A stretch of DNA of 64,000 nt from Acidobacteriota bacterium. GTDB lineage: Bacteria > Acidobacteriota > CAIWXX01. Positions within the stretch are counted from its first letter, which is position 1. Each line of letters starts with the position of its first letter. Below, piece after piece: positions 20,876 through 30,970 of this stretch. A program made the position numbers and the translations under genes. The notes beneath the pieces were generated by a model that worked only from the letters and a program-made list of their open reading frames with translations, did no database searches and was not told the origin of the DNA. Location: contig JBFMAF010000036.1 of assembly GCA_040755995.1 (NCBI GenBank), forward strand, positions 279,652 through 343,651, written 5' to 3'.

Positions 20876-21006
20876 GGAGACGGGCGGCCTCCGGATGCGG
20901 GTTCGTGCGATGCACCGCGCTGTGGACTCGGCAGGAACGCGTGATTCGGTCGAGCCATACCCAGGCGCGGGTACGCCCCAGGTTCACTTCCGGTGTGTGC
21001 TGTCAA

Positions 21007-21504
21007 TCAGCCGAGTTGTTCGATCGCCATTTCCACGATGGCGCGGGTCACGAACAGACTACTGACAACATAGAGATCCAGAAGATGTTGCCGAGCCGTT
21101 TCGAATGAGAAGATCCGCTCGCGGAACGCACGAACCACAACGCCGAGGGACCCGATTGGCGTGAGACCCAGTGTCTCGGCTGCCACCCGAGCTGCCAAGT
21201 CGTCGGTGAGAATGAGCGTCAGATGCAGTCTGCTGCACAGGTGCAAGCAGGCCAGCTCCCCGGCCTGAAGACCTGTGAAGGAATGTGCCAGCACAAACTG
21301 ATGGATCTCCGGCCCCGCAAGCGGATGGCGTTTCAGATTCCTCATGTCCAGAAGCAGTTCCGCATGAAGTCGCCCCTCACGCACTGCTTCGTCCCAGACC
21401 CCATCGAGTACATGCAGCTCCTCGAAAACCCCAAGAGCGGACAACGAGTCGATTTCCCAGAGGTGGATCAATGGGCCGGCGTCGACTACCGCTTTGTCGC
21501 CCAT
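21007..21504 (-). CDS. PIN-domain toxin-like protein (DUF3368-type)
   Basis: VVDAGPLIHL, LQAGELAC, ILTDDLAAR, GSLGVV. Confidence 0.85.
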   Translation of the reverse strand: MGDKAVVDAGPLIHLWEIDSLSALGVFEELHVLDGVWDEAVREGRLHAELLLDMRNLKRHPLAGPEIHQFVLAHSFTGLQAGELACLHLCSRLHLTLILTDDLAARVAAETLGLTPIGSLGVVVRAFRERIFSFETARQHLLDLYVVSSLFVTRAIVEMAIEQLG

Positions 21505-21734
21505 GCGAGGTCGGCTTGCATCGCAGCGTGCTGCCGCTCGGCGAGCTCTACCCAGTCAATCCCAACAGCGGACACGGCCTCGTCACGAGTCATCTGGCCT
21601 CGGAGGTACTTCCCGAGGATCCGATCTCGCCAAAGGCTGCGGATGCCGCACTCGAAGGCAAGAGCTATCACCTCGGCCTCAGACTTGTGTAGTTCCTCGC
21701 TCAGTGTCTTGATGTGAGCCAGCGCGTCTTGCAT
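21486..21734 (-). CDS. Putative antitoxin of the PIN protein
   Basis: 82-aa ORF overlapping the PIN gene start; YLRGQMTRDEA; TG-C-TATAAT upstream. Confidence 0.7.
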   Translation of the reverse strand: MQDALAHIKTLSEELHKSEAEVIALAFECGIRSLWRDRILGKYLRGQMTRDEAVSAVGIDWVELAERQHAAMQADLAWATKR

Positions 21735-21843
21735 CGGACCACTCCGGTTTCCGAACCCATTATAGCACGCGCAGCGGCGCGCCGTGCTCTCTCCGCGCTC
21801 TGGGGGCACCTGTCAGACCCCCAGCTCTCCTCCTGGACCGCAT

Positions 21844-23385
21844 TCACTCGTAGCGGAGCGCATCCACCGGATTCCGCCGCGCGGCGCGGGCCGCCTGGGC
21901 GCCGATCGTGACCACCGCGATTACCAGCGCCAGGGCGCCGGAGAGAGGGAAGATCCAGAGCTGAATCGGGATCCGATTCGCGAACTGCTGCAACCAGGCC
22001 TGCATGGCCACATAGGCTGCAGGCCAGGCCAGGAGATTGGCGAGCACCACGCACGCCGTGAAGTCCTTGACGAAGTGCGCGAAGACCCCGCCGACCGTCG
22101 CGCCCAGGCTCTTGCGGATGCCGACCTCCTTGGTACTCTGCTCGACCATGTACGAGGCAAGTCCGAAGAGGCCGATGCACGAGATGGCCAGTGCGATCAG
22201 GCTGAAAGCCCTGAAGAGCAGACCGATCTGATCTTCCCTGCGGTAGAGCTTGTCAATCGAATCATCCAGGAAGCGGTATTCGAAGGGGAACTCTGGGCTG
22301 TATGTCTCCCAGATCCTGCGCAGCAGACCAATGGTGCCCCGGAGATCGTCCGCCAGCACCCGCATGCAGATGATGCTGCAGTGCTCCGGGCCGTAGACAA
22401 GGAACAGCGGCTCGACGGAGTGATGGAGAGAGCGCAGCTGGAAGTCCTTCAGCACGCCGATAATGGTCCCCTCCCGGTCATCCCAGGTGAACCGCCTGCC
22501 AACAGGTTCCCGCATGCCCATCGCCCGCGCGGCGGACTCGTTTATGACGAAAGCCTGTGTGGCGTCCGTCGGGAACTCCTTCGAGAAGAATCGTGCCTGC
22601 GCCATGTGCATCCCGAAGGTCCGGGCGAAATCATCGTCCACAACGCACCATCTCATCTGCACACGCTGCTGTGGCTGCCTTCCTTCCCAGCCTGCACTGC
22701 TGGTCCCGTTGCGCTCATAGATGGCAAGTTGATCCACGGCCGCCACACTCAGCACACTCGGTTGCCGCAGCAGTTCCGCCTTGATCGTCTCGTACTTCTC
22801 GGCCAATTGACCTCGGGTCTCCACATAGATCAGGTTCTCCTTCGCGAAACCGAGCGGCGCGTGGCGCAGGAAATGGATCTGGGAATAGACGATACCGGTC
22901 GCGATCATCAGGCCGATGGAAGCGGCAAACTGCAGAACCACCAAGACCCGACGTTGGCGGGCCGCCGCTGGTCCAAAGCGCCGGACTCCTTTGAGGACAG
23001 CGGCAGGCTGGAATGAAGACAGAAGCTGCGCTGGAAAGCCGCCCGCCACGGCGCCTGCGGGCAGGCCGATCGCAAGGATCTCCCCACCGTGCTGCCACAG
23101 GTCGCCCCAGTCCGACGGCGATGCCTGACCCGAGAGCTCGCGGAACGCCGGCAGCAGCAGTCTCGCCAGCACAGCCTCCGCCCCCGTGGCCGCCACGGCC
23201 ATCAGCATGGATTCGAAGAAGATCTGCCCGATCAGATCCACCCGGCGCGCCCCCAACACTTTGCGCACGCCCACCTCCTTGGCGCGGCGGGCGGCGGTGG
23301 CTGTGGTCAGGTTGATGAAGTTGATGCAGGCAATCATCAGAATCGCCGCCGCGATTGATGAGAGGATGTAGTCTCCCTGCAACAC
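21844..23385 (-). pseudogene. MacB/FtsX-family ABC permease, N-terminally truncated
   Basis: IACINFINL, KEVGVRKVLGA, LVVLQFA, NPVDALRYE. It begins at the first FtsX domain and lacks the N-terminal periplasmic domain. Confidence 0.8.
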
Positions 23386-23532
23386 GCCACGAACGCCGTC
23401 CGGACGGCGGACCGTGTCTTCGCATCTTACATTCGTTCCCGCGAGTGTCGGTTCCGAGGAGAGTTGGTAGATGAGCCGCTCGACCAGGCTGGAGTTCGAG
23501 GCGGCGGACCAGTCGGAAGAATACGAATCCCT

Positions 23533-25584
23533 CTATCGGCTGATCTTCATGGTGAGCACCCCGGCCCCCCCGGTGCCCGCCAACAGGGTACTCGGCGCTG
23601 AAGGATTGATCGCAAGCGCTCCTATGTACGCGTTCGCCATTCCTGCGCTTGACATCGCCCTCCAGCTGGCACCTCCATCCTCGCTCACGTACACACCACG
23701 ACCATAGGTGCCGAGATATACCCTTGTCGGAGCAATCGGGTCAATCGTCAGCGAGCACGGCGTTGTATAGTCCGGTAGGTCAGGTGTTAGCCTGCTCCAA
23801 CCGCCTCCTCCGTTCGTGCTCTTGTACACGTCATATGGCCAGACCAATGCGTAGAGGTTGCTGGGCGTCACAGGGTCGACCGTCAGGGATTCCACCAGTT
23901 GGCGCTCCAGGCCGCGCCTGGCGGCCTGCCAGCTACTGCCTCCGTTGGTACTCTTAAGGACCCCATCTCCGGTCCCAACGTAGATGGTACCCGACCTTCC
24001 TGGGTCGACAGCCAGTGATCTTGCGTACGCATAATGTGGCAATACGACGCGATGCCAGTGAGAGCCCGAGTCGCTACTCTCGAAGAAGTCGCCCAATAGT
24101 ACAGCGTAGAGGGTAGATGTCTTCTTCGGGTCGATTGCCAGTGCGTCGAGGTAGATAGCGTCTACCTGACGGGGCAGTCCCTCATCTGCGGCACTCCAAG
24201 TCCCACCTCCATCCGTGCTCTCGAGCACGGCTGGGCCATCCGAGCGCCCATTTGTGTATAGGGTAGATGGGATCTGAGGGTTGACCGCGAGTGCCAGGAT
24301 GCTATGTCCCGAAGGGTCCCCTAGCACCTTCTTCCAGGATCGGCCTCCGTTCGTGCTCTTGAACAGGCCCGTCATCTGCGTCCCAGCGTATACTATGCCT
24401 GGTCTGGCCGGGCTGGTCGCGAAGGTCGTGACCATGGTGTTCGCGATACCGCTATTGGAGGAACGCCAGCTCTCGCCTCCATCCGTGCTACTGAACAGAC
24501 CGGAGTGGGTGGCGCCACAATACACCGCGAGCGGCGTCGCGGGGTCAACGGCCAACGCTTGCACTGCCACGGCCAGAGGTCTCATGGTTGGCAGGCCATT
24601 GTTCATGTCGCTCCAACTCGCGCCCCTGTTTGTGCTCTTGAAGACTCCGCGCATCGATCCGGCATAGATGGTAGAGGGGTTCGTTGGGTCGATCGCCAAG
24701 TCTACCACGTAGGGGTCTTCCGGAATGCCTCGACTGATAGGGAACCAGTGGCTGCCACCGTCCACCGTGTAGAAGATCCCCCCCAGGTAACCGGTCTGGG
24801 CAGCATAGACTCTAGGGGGTGTGCTCTCCTCAAGCGCAATGGCAGTAATGCGGCTATTCTCTGAAATCCACCCATGATTGATGGGCGTCCAAGAACGGCC
24901 CTTGTTCGTGCTCGTGCGCACTCCACCAGTAGTTCCGGCATAGATGGTCTCAGGTTCACTGCGCGTAATAGCCAGAGCGTTCACGATCAAGCCCAACAAC
25001 CCAGCCTTGCACTCAACCCAACGGTCACCGCCATTGGTGCTCTTGTACAGTCCTCCCATGCCCCCTGCGTACAAGGTCGTCGGCGTCGCAGGATCAACAA
25101 CCAAAGCGAGCAGGTCAGTGTTCGTCAGTCCGATGCTAGCCGCGCGCCAGGTAGCGCCCCCATCTGTGCTCTTGAAGATACCTCCAGCGGTTGCAGCGTA
25201 GATCGTCGCCGGTGCTCCAGGATCGATGGCGAGCCGACTAATGACAGTGTTGTCCAAACCCTTATTTATTGCGCGCCAGGAATTGCCCCCGTTTGTGCTC
25301 TTGAAAACGCCACCTCCTTCTTCGTCGCCGGTGTCATAGCCGGTGGCGTCCACACCGCTCCGTAGGCGGTGGTCAAGCGTAAACTTTCCCTGAATCCCGG
25401 TCCCCAGGTAGATAGTAGCAGGGGCGGACGGAACAATCGCAATTGCGCTCACGCTGCCCCCGAAAGGGCCATGGCTGGTCCATGTCTCTACTCCGCCTGA
25501 GGTTGTTGGCTCAGCCGGAACTGCAACGGTGACAATCGATATCAAGAACAAGGAGCCAGTTCGTCGCTGTCGCTTCATGGTCAC
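23533..25584 (-). CDS. Secreted BNR/Asp-box beta-propeller repeat protein
   Basis: About 14 diverged LAIDP..P..Y.G...G.FKSTNGG.SW repeats; signal peptide. Confidence 0.88.
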   Translation of the reverse strand: MTMKRQRRTGSLFLISIVTVAVPAEPTTSGGVETWTSHGPFGGSVSAIAIVPSAPATIYLGTGIQGKFTLDHRLRSGVDATGYDTGDEEGGGVFKSTNGGNSWRAINKGLDNTVISRLAIDPGAPATIYAATAGGIFKSTDGGATWRAASIGLTNTDLLALVVDPATPTTLYAGGMGGLYKSTNGGDRWVECKAGLLGLIVNALAITRSEPETIYAGTTGGVRTSTNKGRSWTPINHGWISENSRITAIALEESTPPRVYAAQTGYLGGIFYTVDGGSHWFPISRGIPEDPYVVDLAIDPTNPSTIYAGSMRGVFKSTNRGASWSDMNNGLPTMRPLAVAVQALAVDPATPLAVYCGATHSGLFSSTDGGESWRSSNSGIANTMVTTFATSPARPGIVYAGTQMTGLFKSTNGGRSWKKVLGDPSGHSILALAVNPQIPSTLYTNGRSDGPAVLESTDGGGTWSAADEGLPRQVDAIYLDALAIDPKKTSTLYAVLLGDFFESSDSGSHWHRVVLPHYAYARSLAVDPGRSGTIYVGTGDGVLKSTNGGSSWQAARRGLERQLVESLTVDPVTPSNLYALVWPYDVYKSTNGGGGWSRLTPDLPDYTTPCSLTIDPIAPTRVYLGTYGRGVYVSEDGGASWRAMSSAGMANAYIGALAINPSAPSTLLAGTGGAGVLTMKISR

Positions 25585-25597
25585 GCCTCAGTGTCGA

Positions 25598-25960
25598 TCA
25601 GTAGTCATCCGACAGGAGTCCAACAGTCCTGAGCTCCCTCAGGAGCTCCGGCCTGGCTTCGCGAAGCCTCCTAACGCGCTTTCGCTTGTAGGGCGCTATC
25701 TCGGCCACCTGACGAACCAGCATCGCCAGCGACGCGATTCGCTCCTCGGATGAGCCTATCAGTTCCTGGAGTCGAAGGACGTTCTTCTCTGAAATATGCG
25801 ACTGCGTCATGAGTCCCAAGACCTCATCCTCTTGCTCGATCCTCGCAATCATCTCCGCGGGGAGTCGCTGACACTTCTTGCATATGTGGCGGACGTGACC
25901 CCGGCCAGAGAATTGCTCGTTCGGCCGGGACTTTCTACAGATACGGCAATAGTGACTCAT
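25598..25960 (-). CDS. Hypothetical zinc-binding protein
   Basis: MSHYCRIC...HICKKC; ATGA overlap with the Mo-subunit gene stop. Confidence 0.7.
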   Translation of the reverse strand: MSHYCRICRKSRPNEQFSGRGHVRHICKKCQRLPAEMIARIEQEDEVLGLMTQSHISEKNVLRLQELIGSSEERIASLAMLVRQVAEIAPYKRKRVRRLREARPELLRELRTVGLLSDDY

Positions 25961-28335
25961 GTTTCCAGAGCCCCGCGTTCCTTCTCGCGAAGCGCTGCGA
26001 CAATCTTCTCCGGGGTGATCGGCAGGTCGCGGATGCGGATGCCGATGGCGTCGCAGATGGCGTTGGCGATGGCGGGGGCGGTCGGGACGAGGCCGGGTTC
26101 GCCGACTCCTTTGGCTCCGAAGGGGCCCGCGGGGTCGTTCGTTTCGACGAAGGCGACATCGATCGGAAAACTCATGTCTCCGGCGGTCGGGAGCTTGTAG
26201 TCGGTGAAGCTCGGGTTCAGGATGCGGCCGCGCTCGGTGCGCACCTCCTCGTAGAGCCCGTAGCCGATCCCCTGCGCCAGCGCTCCGTAGATCTGCCCGC
26301 GCAGGGCCTGCGGATGCAGCACGCGCCCGACGTCGTGCACGGCGACGATCCGCAGAATACGCACGTCGCCCGTCTCTTCGTCCACTTCGACTTCCACACC
26401 TTGCGTTCCGAATGCGTAGGTCGCCGACATGTTGCCGAGGCCCTTCTCCCAATCGGGGAGCTCCGAAGGCGGGTCGTAGAACGCTTCCACGGTCAGCATG
26501 TTTCCTCCAGGACGGAAGTGGATCCCGCGCAGAATCTTCCCGAGCTCGATCGGCGCGCGGGGGTCGGAGGCGAGCGGCCCATCCTTGAGGAAGAGCCGGC
26601 CATCGGCGAGATCGAGCAGGCCCGGGCGGATCTCGCCGATATCGGAGTGCCCGCGTAGAGCTCGCCTCAACTCCTCAGCGTACACAGGCGCGGCCAGCTC
26701 AAAGAGACGCTCCCGCAGCTTCGCGGCCGCGAGCGCGACGGCCGAGAGCGCCGTGAACGCGCCGCGGCTCGCGTGCGTCCCCACGTCCCACGGACACGTG
26801 GCGGTGTCGGTCTGGTTGACGATGACGTTCTCGGGACGCACACCGACGAATTCGGCGACGCCTACCGCGAGCGCTGCGTGGTGGCCCTGCCCCATTTCCA
26901 CACCGCCCGCGTACACGTATACGTTGCCGAAATCGTCCAGACGCATGATCACACCGCTGGCATCCGAGCGGTAGATGCGCCCGGAACCTCCGACGTGCAT
27001 CAGCGATGCGATCCCGACACCGCGCCGCTTCGACCGGCCCTTCCCCCGCTTCTCACTCCACCCGAGCCGAGCGGCCGTCTGATCGATGCACTCGGGAAGA
27101 CCGCACGTTCCGATCTTCAGGCCCATCGGAGTCACATCTCCGGGCCGGTTGCTGTTGAGACGCCGGATATCGAGCGCATCCATGCCGGCCGCTTCGGCGA
27201 GCTCATCCAGGTTGCTCTCGATGGCCCAGGTCACCTCCGGGTTTCCATAGCCGCGCATGGCCTGGCAGTACGTGTTGTTCGTGTAGACGATCTGCGCTTC
27301 GAAGCGCACGGCGGGCACCCGATAGAGCGACGTCGCGGGCAGCATCATCACGCCGGGGTACGTCGCTCCCCACGACGTGTAGGCGCCGTTGTCCTGCAGC
27401 ACGTCGATCTCGCGGAAGGTGAGCCGGCCCGAGCTGTCGCAGCCCTGTTCGATCGACACGACAGCGCACTGGCGCGGCGACAGATACGCGAACTCCTCCT
27501 CGCGCGTGTAGAGGATCTTCACCGGGCGCCCCGTCGCGCGGGCGAGCAGGATCGCGATGTATTCGTAGGCGTGTGTGTCGAGCCCCGTGCCGAAGCCGCC
27601 GCCGAGTGCCGGCACGATGACGCGGCTGTTGCGGCCGGGGAGGCCCATGTCGGCCAGCGCGCGGTTGAAGTCGCGCTGCGCCAGGAACGGGATCTGCGTC
27701 TTCGCCCAGATCGTCAGGTTGCCGCGATCGTCCATCTCGGCGATGCAGCCGGCCGTGCCCATGCAGCTCTGCTGGATGCGCGGCACCGAAAACTGCCCGG
27801 AGACGATGTGCGCCGAGCGTCGCCGGGCCTCCGGCAGGTCGCCCGAGACATGGCGGAACGTGAGCGGCACGCGGTTGTCCGCTCGAGGCTTGCCCGAAGG
27901 GTCGGTTTCGTGCACAAGAGGCGCGCCCTCGGCGAGCGCCTCGCGCGGATCGAACACACCGGGCAGCGGCTCGTACTCGACGCGAATCGCATCCACAGCC
28001 TCGGCCGCAATCTCCGGATCGATCGCCGCCACCGCCGCCACCTCGTCGCGGAACTGCCGGACCTTGCCCTTCTTGAGCGCGAAGTTGTCGCGAAGGAAGC
28101 CGATCCGCACCTCGGGCGTGTTTGACGCCGTCAACACGGCACACACACCAGGCATGCGCTCGGCGCGCGATGCGTCGACATTCACGATCCGGGCGTGAGC
28201 GTGCTCGGAGAATTTGATCTTTCCGTAGAGCATCCGCGGGCGCGTGATGTCATGGATGTACTCGGCCGCACCGCGTGCCTTGGCGCCGGCATCGGGTCGC
28301 GGGATCTCTCTGCCGATGAACCGGTGCTCGCTCAT
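25957..28335 (-). CDS. Xanthine dehydrogenase family molybdopterin-binding subunit (candidate indoleacetate hydroxylase)
   Basis: GGGFG, AMRGYG, EMGQG, HASRG, HDVG, AKGVGEPG motifs. Confidence 0.9.
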   Translation of the reverse strand: MSEHRFIGREIPRPDAGAKARGAAEYIHDITRPRMLYGKIKFSEHAHARIVNVDASRAERMPGVCAVLTASNTPEVRIGFLRDNFALKKGKVRQFRDEVAAVAAIDPEIAAEAVDAIRVEYEPLPGVFDPREALAEGAPLVHETDPSGKPRADNRVPLTFRHVSGDLPEARRRSAHIVSGQFSVPRIQQSCMGTAGCIAEMDDRGNLTIWAKTQIPFLAQRDFNRALADMGLPGRNSRVIVPALGGGFGTGLDTHAYEYIAILLARATGRPVKILYTREEEFAYLSPRQCAVVSIEQGCDSSGRLTFREIDVLQDNGAYTSWGATYPGVMMLPATSLYRVPAVRFEAQIVYTNNTYCQAMRGYGNPEVTWAIESNLDELAEAAGMDALDIRRLNSNRPGDVTPMGLKIGTCGLPECIDQTAARLGWSEKRGKGRSKRRGVGIASLMHVGGSGRIYRSDASGVIMRLDDFGNVYVYAGGVEMGQGHHAALAVGVAEFVGVRPENVIVNQTDTATCPWDVGTHASRGAFTALSAVALAAAKLRERLFELAAPVYAEELRRALRGHSDIGEIRPGLLDLADGRLFLKDGPLASDPRAPIELGKILRGIHFRPGGNMLTVEAFYDPPSELPDWEKGLGNMSATYAFGTQGVEVEVDEETGDVRILRIVAVHDVGRVLHPQALRGQIYGALAQGIGYGLYEEVRTERGRILNPSFTDYKLPTAGDMSFPIDVAFVETNDPAGPFGAKGVGEPGLVPTAPAIANAICDAIGIRIRDLPITPEKIVAALREKERGALET

Positions 28336-28808
28336 CTCTCCCCTCTCCGCAGCCCCGCTGCCGCGTGGACGGCCTCGACGATTTGCACATATCCTGTGCA
28401 CCGGCAGATGTTCCCGACAAGTGCATCGCGAATATCGGACTCGCTGGGAGTGGGGTTTCGGTCCAGCAGCGCCTGTACCGACAGGATCATTCCGGGAGAG
28501 CAGAACCCGCATTGGATTCCGCCTTGCTCCACGAATGCCTGCTGAACTGCCGATAGCTCGGTTCCGCGCGGCAGGCCCTCGATCGTCGTGACCTCCCGCC
28601 CCTCCGCCTCGAGAGCCGGAAAGAGGCAGGAGTTAACCGGTCGCCCGTCCACCAGCACGGTACACGCCCCGCACTCACCCTTGCCACAGCCTTCCTTGGT
28701 CCCCGTCAAATGAAAGTGGTCACGCAGGACTTCCAGAAGCAGTTTGCTCCCCTCGACCTCGCCCAATACCGGCGAGCCATTGAGAGTGAATGCGAGGGGA
28801 TGCTTCAT
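28332..28808 (-). CDS. Xanthine dehydrogenase family 2x[2Fe-2S] subunit
   Basis: [23 protein letters not shown]. Confidence 0.95.
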   Translation of the reverse strand: MKHPLAFTLNGSPVLGEVEGSKLLLEVLRDHFHLTGTKEGCGKGECGACTVLVDGRPVNSCLFPALEAEGREVTTIEGLPRGTELSAVQQAFVEQGGIQCGFCSPGMILSVQALLDRNPTPSESDIRDALVGNICRCTGYVQIVEAVHAAAGLRRGER

Positions 28809-29665
28809 GGTCTTGCCTGCCCCAGGAGCGTTTCCAGAGCGCGTCTCACGAAGACGCCGGTGATGTGTCTCCGGTATTCTTCACCGGCACGCAAGTCGCA
28901 AATCGGGGCTACGCTCTCGCGCGCAAGATTCGCCGCGGCCAGGAGGAGATCGCGTTTCATCTCTTGCCCGGTCAGCAGGCGTTCGACGGATTCAAGTCGT
29001 CGAGGTGTCGGGGCCACCGAACCGACGGCTACGCGCGCTTTCACGCAAGTGGCTCCATCCAGCTCGAGCAGGACAGCGACGCTCGCGAGCGCGAGGTCCA
29101 TGGCGACGCGTCTCTTCTTGAAGAAAATCGCACGAGCGTTCGGCGCAGGTGGGTCTAGGACCACACCCGTGACGAGGTCATGCGGCCCGAGGCGCGTCTG
29201 TCGAGGCCCGAGGAAGAATTCTTCGAGCGGGATCTCGTCTTCCTGCCCGCCCGGGCGACGGACGGCGAGTCGCGCCCCCAGTACCAAGAGCGGCGGGGCG
29301 GTGTCGGCGCAGGGGCTCGCCGTGCAGAGATTGCCGCCCACGGTCGCCACGTTTCGGATCTGCACCGAGCCCATCGAAGCCATCGCCTGCACCAGGACCG
29401 GGAAGCGTGAGGAAAGTGCCGGGTCGCCGATGCAGTCAGCGATCGGTGTGGCCGAGCCGACTCGGACGAAGCCGTCTGCACGCACGCCGGAGAGCTCCGC
29501 GATGCGGCGAAGCGAGACCAGCGCCGCCGGGCTCTCTTTGCGTTCCTTCATGCGCACAATCAGGTCGGTGCCGCCGGCCAGATACTTCGCACCTTCTGTG
29601 CGCGCCTTCAACTCCTGCGCCTCTTCCACACTACGCGGGCGCAAGAACTCGAAACGCCCCCTCAT
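28805..29665 (-). CDS. Xanthine dehydrogenase family FAD-binding subunit
   Basis: AGGTDL, QIRNVATVGGN, ASPCAD; no HcrB-type [4Fe-4S] insertion. Confidence 0.93.
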   Translation of the reverse strand: MRGRFEFLRPRSVEEAQELKARTEGAKYLAGGTDLIVRMKERKESPAALVSLRRIAELSGVRADGFVRVGSATPIADCIGDPALSSRFPVLVQAMASMGSVQIRNVATVGGNLCTASPCADTAPPLLVLGARLAVRRPGGQEDEIPLEEFFLGPRQTRLGPHDLVTGVVLDPPAPNARAIFFKKRRVAMDLALASVAVLLELDGATCVKARVAVGSVAPTPRRLESVERLLTGQEMKRDLLLAAANLARESVAPICDLRAGEEYRRHITGVFVRRALETLLGQARP

Positions 29666-30876
29666 GCGATAACTCCTTCTTGCCGCAACGCGGCGACTTC
29701 ACTTTCACGCAGCCCGGCCTCCCGCAGCACCGCATCGGTGTGCTCGCCGTATGCCGGAGCAAAGGGCAGCTCGCCTCCGCGACTCTCGAGGTGCGGCGTC
29801 GAGACCGCCGGCGGCGGCAAACGGACGAGACGGCCGTCGGGGGCCAGTGTTCGGAGCGCCGCCGCTTTCACGAAGTCCAGATCGGCAACCTTATCAACCG
29901 GCGTGATCGGCGCATGCGGTACCGTCGCGGCTCGGAGGACCTCGGCCACTTCGGCAAACGAGTGCCGGCTCGTGATCTCCTCGATCGCGCGAAAGATGTC
30001 CGCCTTGTGCGCGCGGCGCCCTTCATTCGTCGCGAATTCGCCGCGCCCGAGCGCCGCGAACATCGGATGGCGCGACAGGCGCTGCCACTGCGCGTCGCTC
30101 CCGATCGCAATGTAGATGTATCCGTCGCGCGTACGATAGGCGTTCACCGGAATGAACTGGCGATGCTCATTGCCGGCGCGGCGAAGCTCGGAGGGCGGGC
30201 TTCCCATGTCGAGCATCGGCAGGAAAGTGTGCAGCCACGACACCGCCGCCTGCGCCATCGATATGTCGATGCGCTTCCCACGGCGGGTGCGATCGCGCTC
30301 GGCCAGCGCCAACATCACCTGCAGAAACGCTTCGTCCCCCGCTTTGAGGTCGATCAGCGGCGGGCCGCACTGGAGCGGCGGGCCGTCGGCGTGGCCGGTG
30401 AGGTCCATGTAGCCGCAGAGCGCCTGCAGCATCGGATCGTAGCCGGGAACGTCCGGGTAGGCCGAGCCCATCGCCGAAATGCAGCACCAGACGAGCTCAG
30501 GGCGAGCCGCCGAGAGCGTCTCGTAGTCTATCCCAAGCTCGGTGTGGCGCGCGGGCAGCGTGTTCGTGCAAAAGACGTCCGCAGGCAGCTCGCGCACGAG
30601 CCGCAGCAGAAGTTGTCGTCCTTCCGGACGTTTCAGATTCAGCGCAATCGCTTCCTTGCCCACATTCGGCGCGACGTAGTAGCTGTGGCGGTCATCGCCG
30701 GCGATCCTACGGCCGACATACCGGTTCGGGTCTCCCTTGGTCTCGCGCCCTGAAGCCGGTGTCGGCTCGACGCGAATCACGCGGAGGCCCTGATGGACGA
30801 GGCGCAGCGTGGCGTAAGACATCGACAGTGCCTGTTCGAGCGCCAGGACAAGGGGCACGTTCTTGGAAGCCGGCAC
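29662..30876 (-). CDS. Family III (CaiB/BaiF) CoA-transferase
   Basis: VIRVEP, GDPNR, NVGK..IALNLK, GYDPMLQA, IDLKAG. Confidence 0.9.
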   Translation of the reverse strand: MPASKNVPLVLALEQALSMSYATLRLVHQGLRVIRVEPTPASGRETKGDPNRYVGRRIAGDDRHSYYVAPNVGKEAIALNLKRPEGRQLLLRLVRELPADVFCTNTLPARHTELGIDYETLSAARPELVWCCISAMGSAYPDVPGYDPMLQALCGYMDLTGHADGPPLQCGPPLIDLKAGDEAFLQVMLALAERDRTRRGKRIDISMAQAAVSWLHTFLPMLDMGSPPSELRRAGNEHRQFIPVNAYRTRDGYIYIAIGSDAQWQRLSRHPMFAALGRGEFATNEGRRAHKADIFRAIEEITSRHSFAEVAEVLRAATVPHAPITPVDKVADLDFVKAAALRTLAPDGRLVRLPPPAVSTPHLESRGGELPFAPAYGEHTDAVLREAGLRESEVAALRQEGVIA

Positions 30877-30970
30877 GATTTCACCTAGCCCATCTTGGAC
30901 GCAGACGATGCAAGCCAGGTCCGTCCACCTCTATGTCCAGCTGATCCGCGGTGCTGTGGGTGGATCAAGG

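Noticed and set aside
25957..29665. Mo enzyme as 4-hydroxybenzoyl-CoA reductase (hcrCAB) or CO dehydrogenase
   Set aside because: The FAD subunit lacks the HcrB [4Fe-4S] insertion, the large subunit lacks the CoxL AYxCSFR motif, and the gene context favours a hydroxylase.
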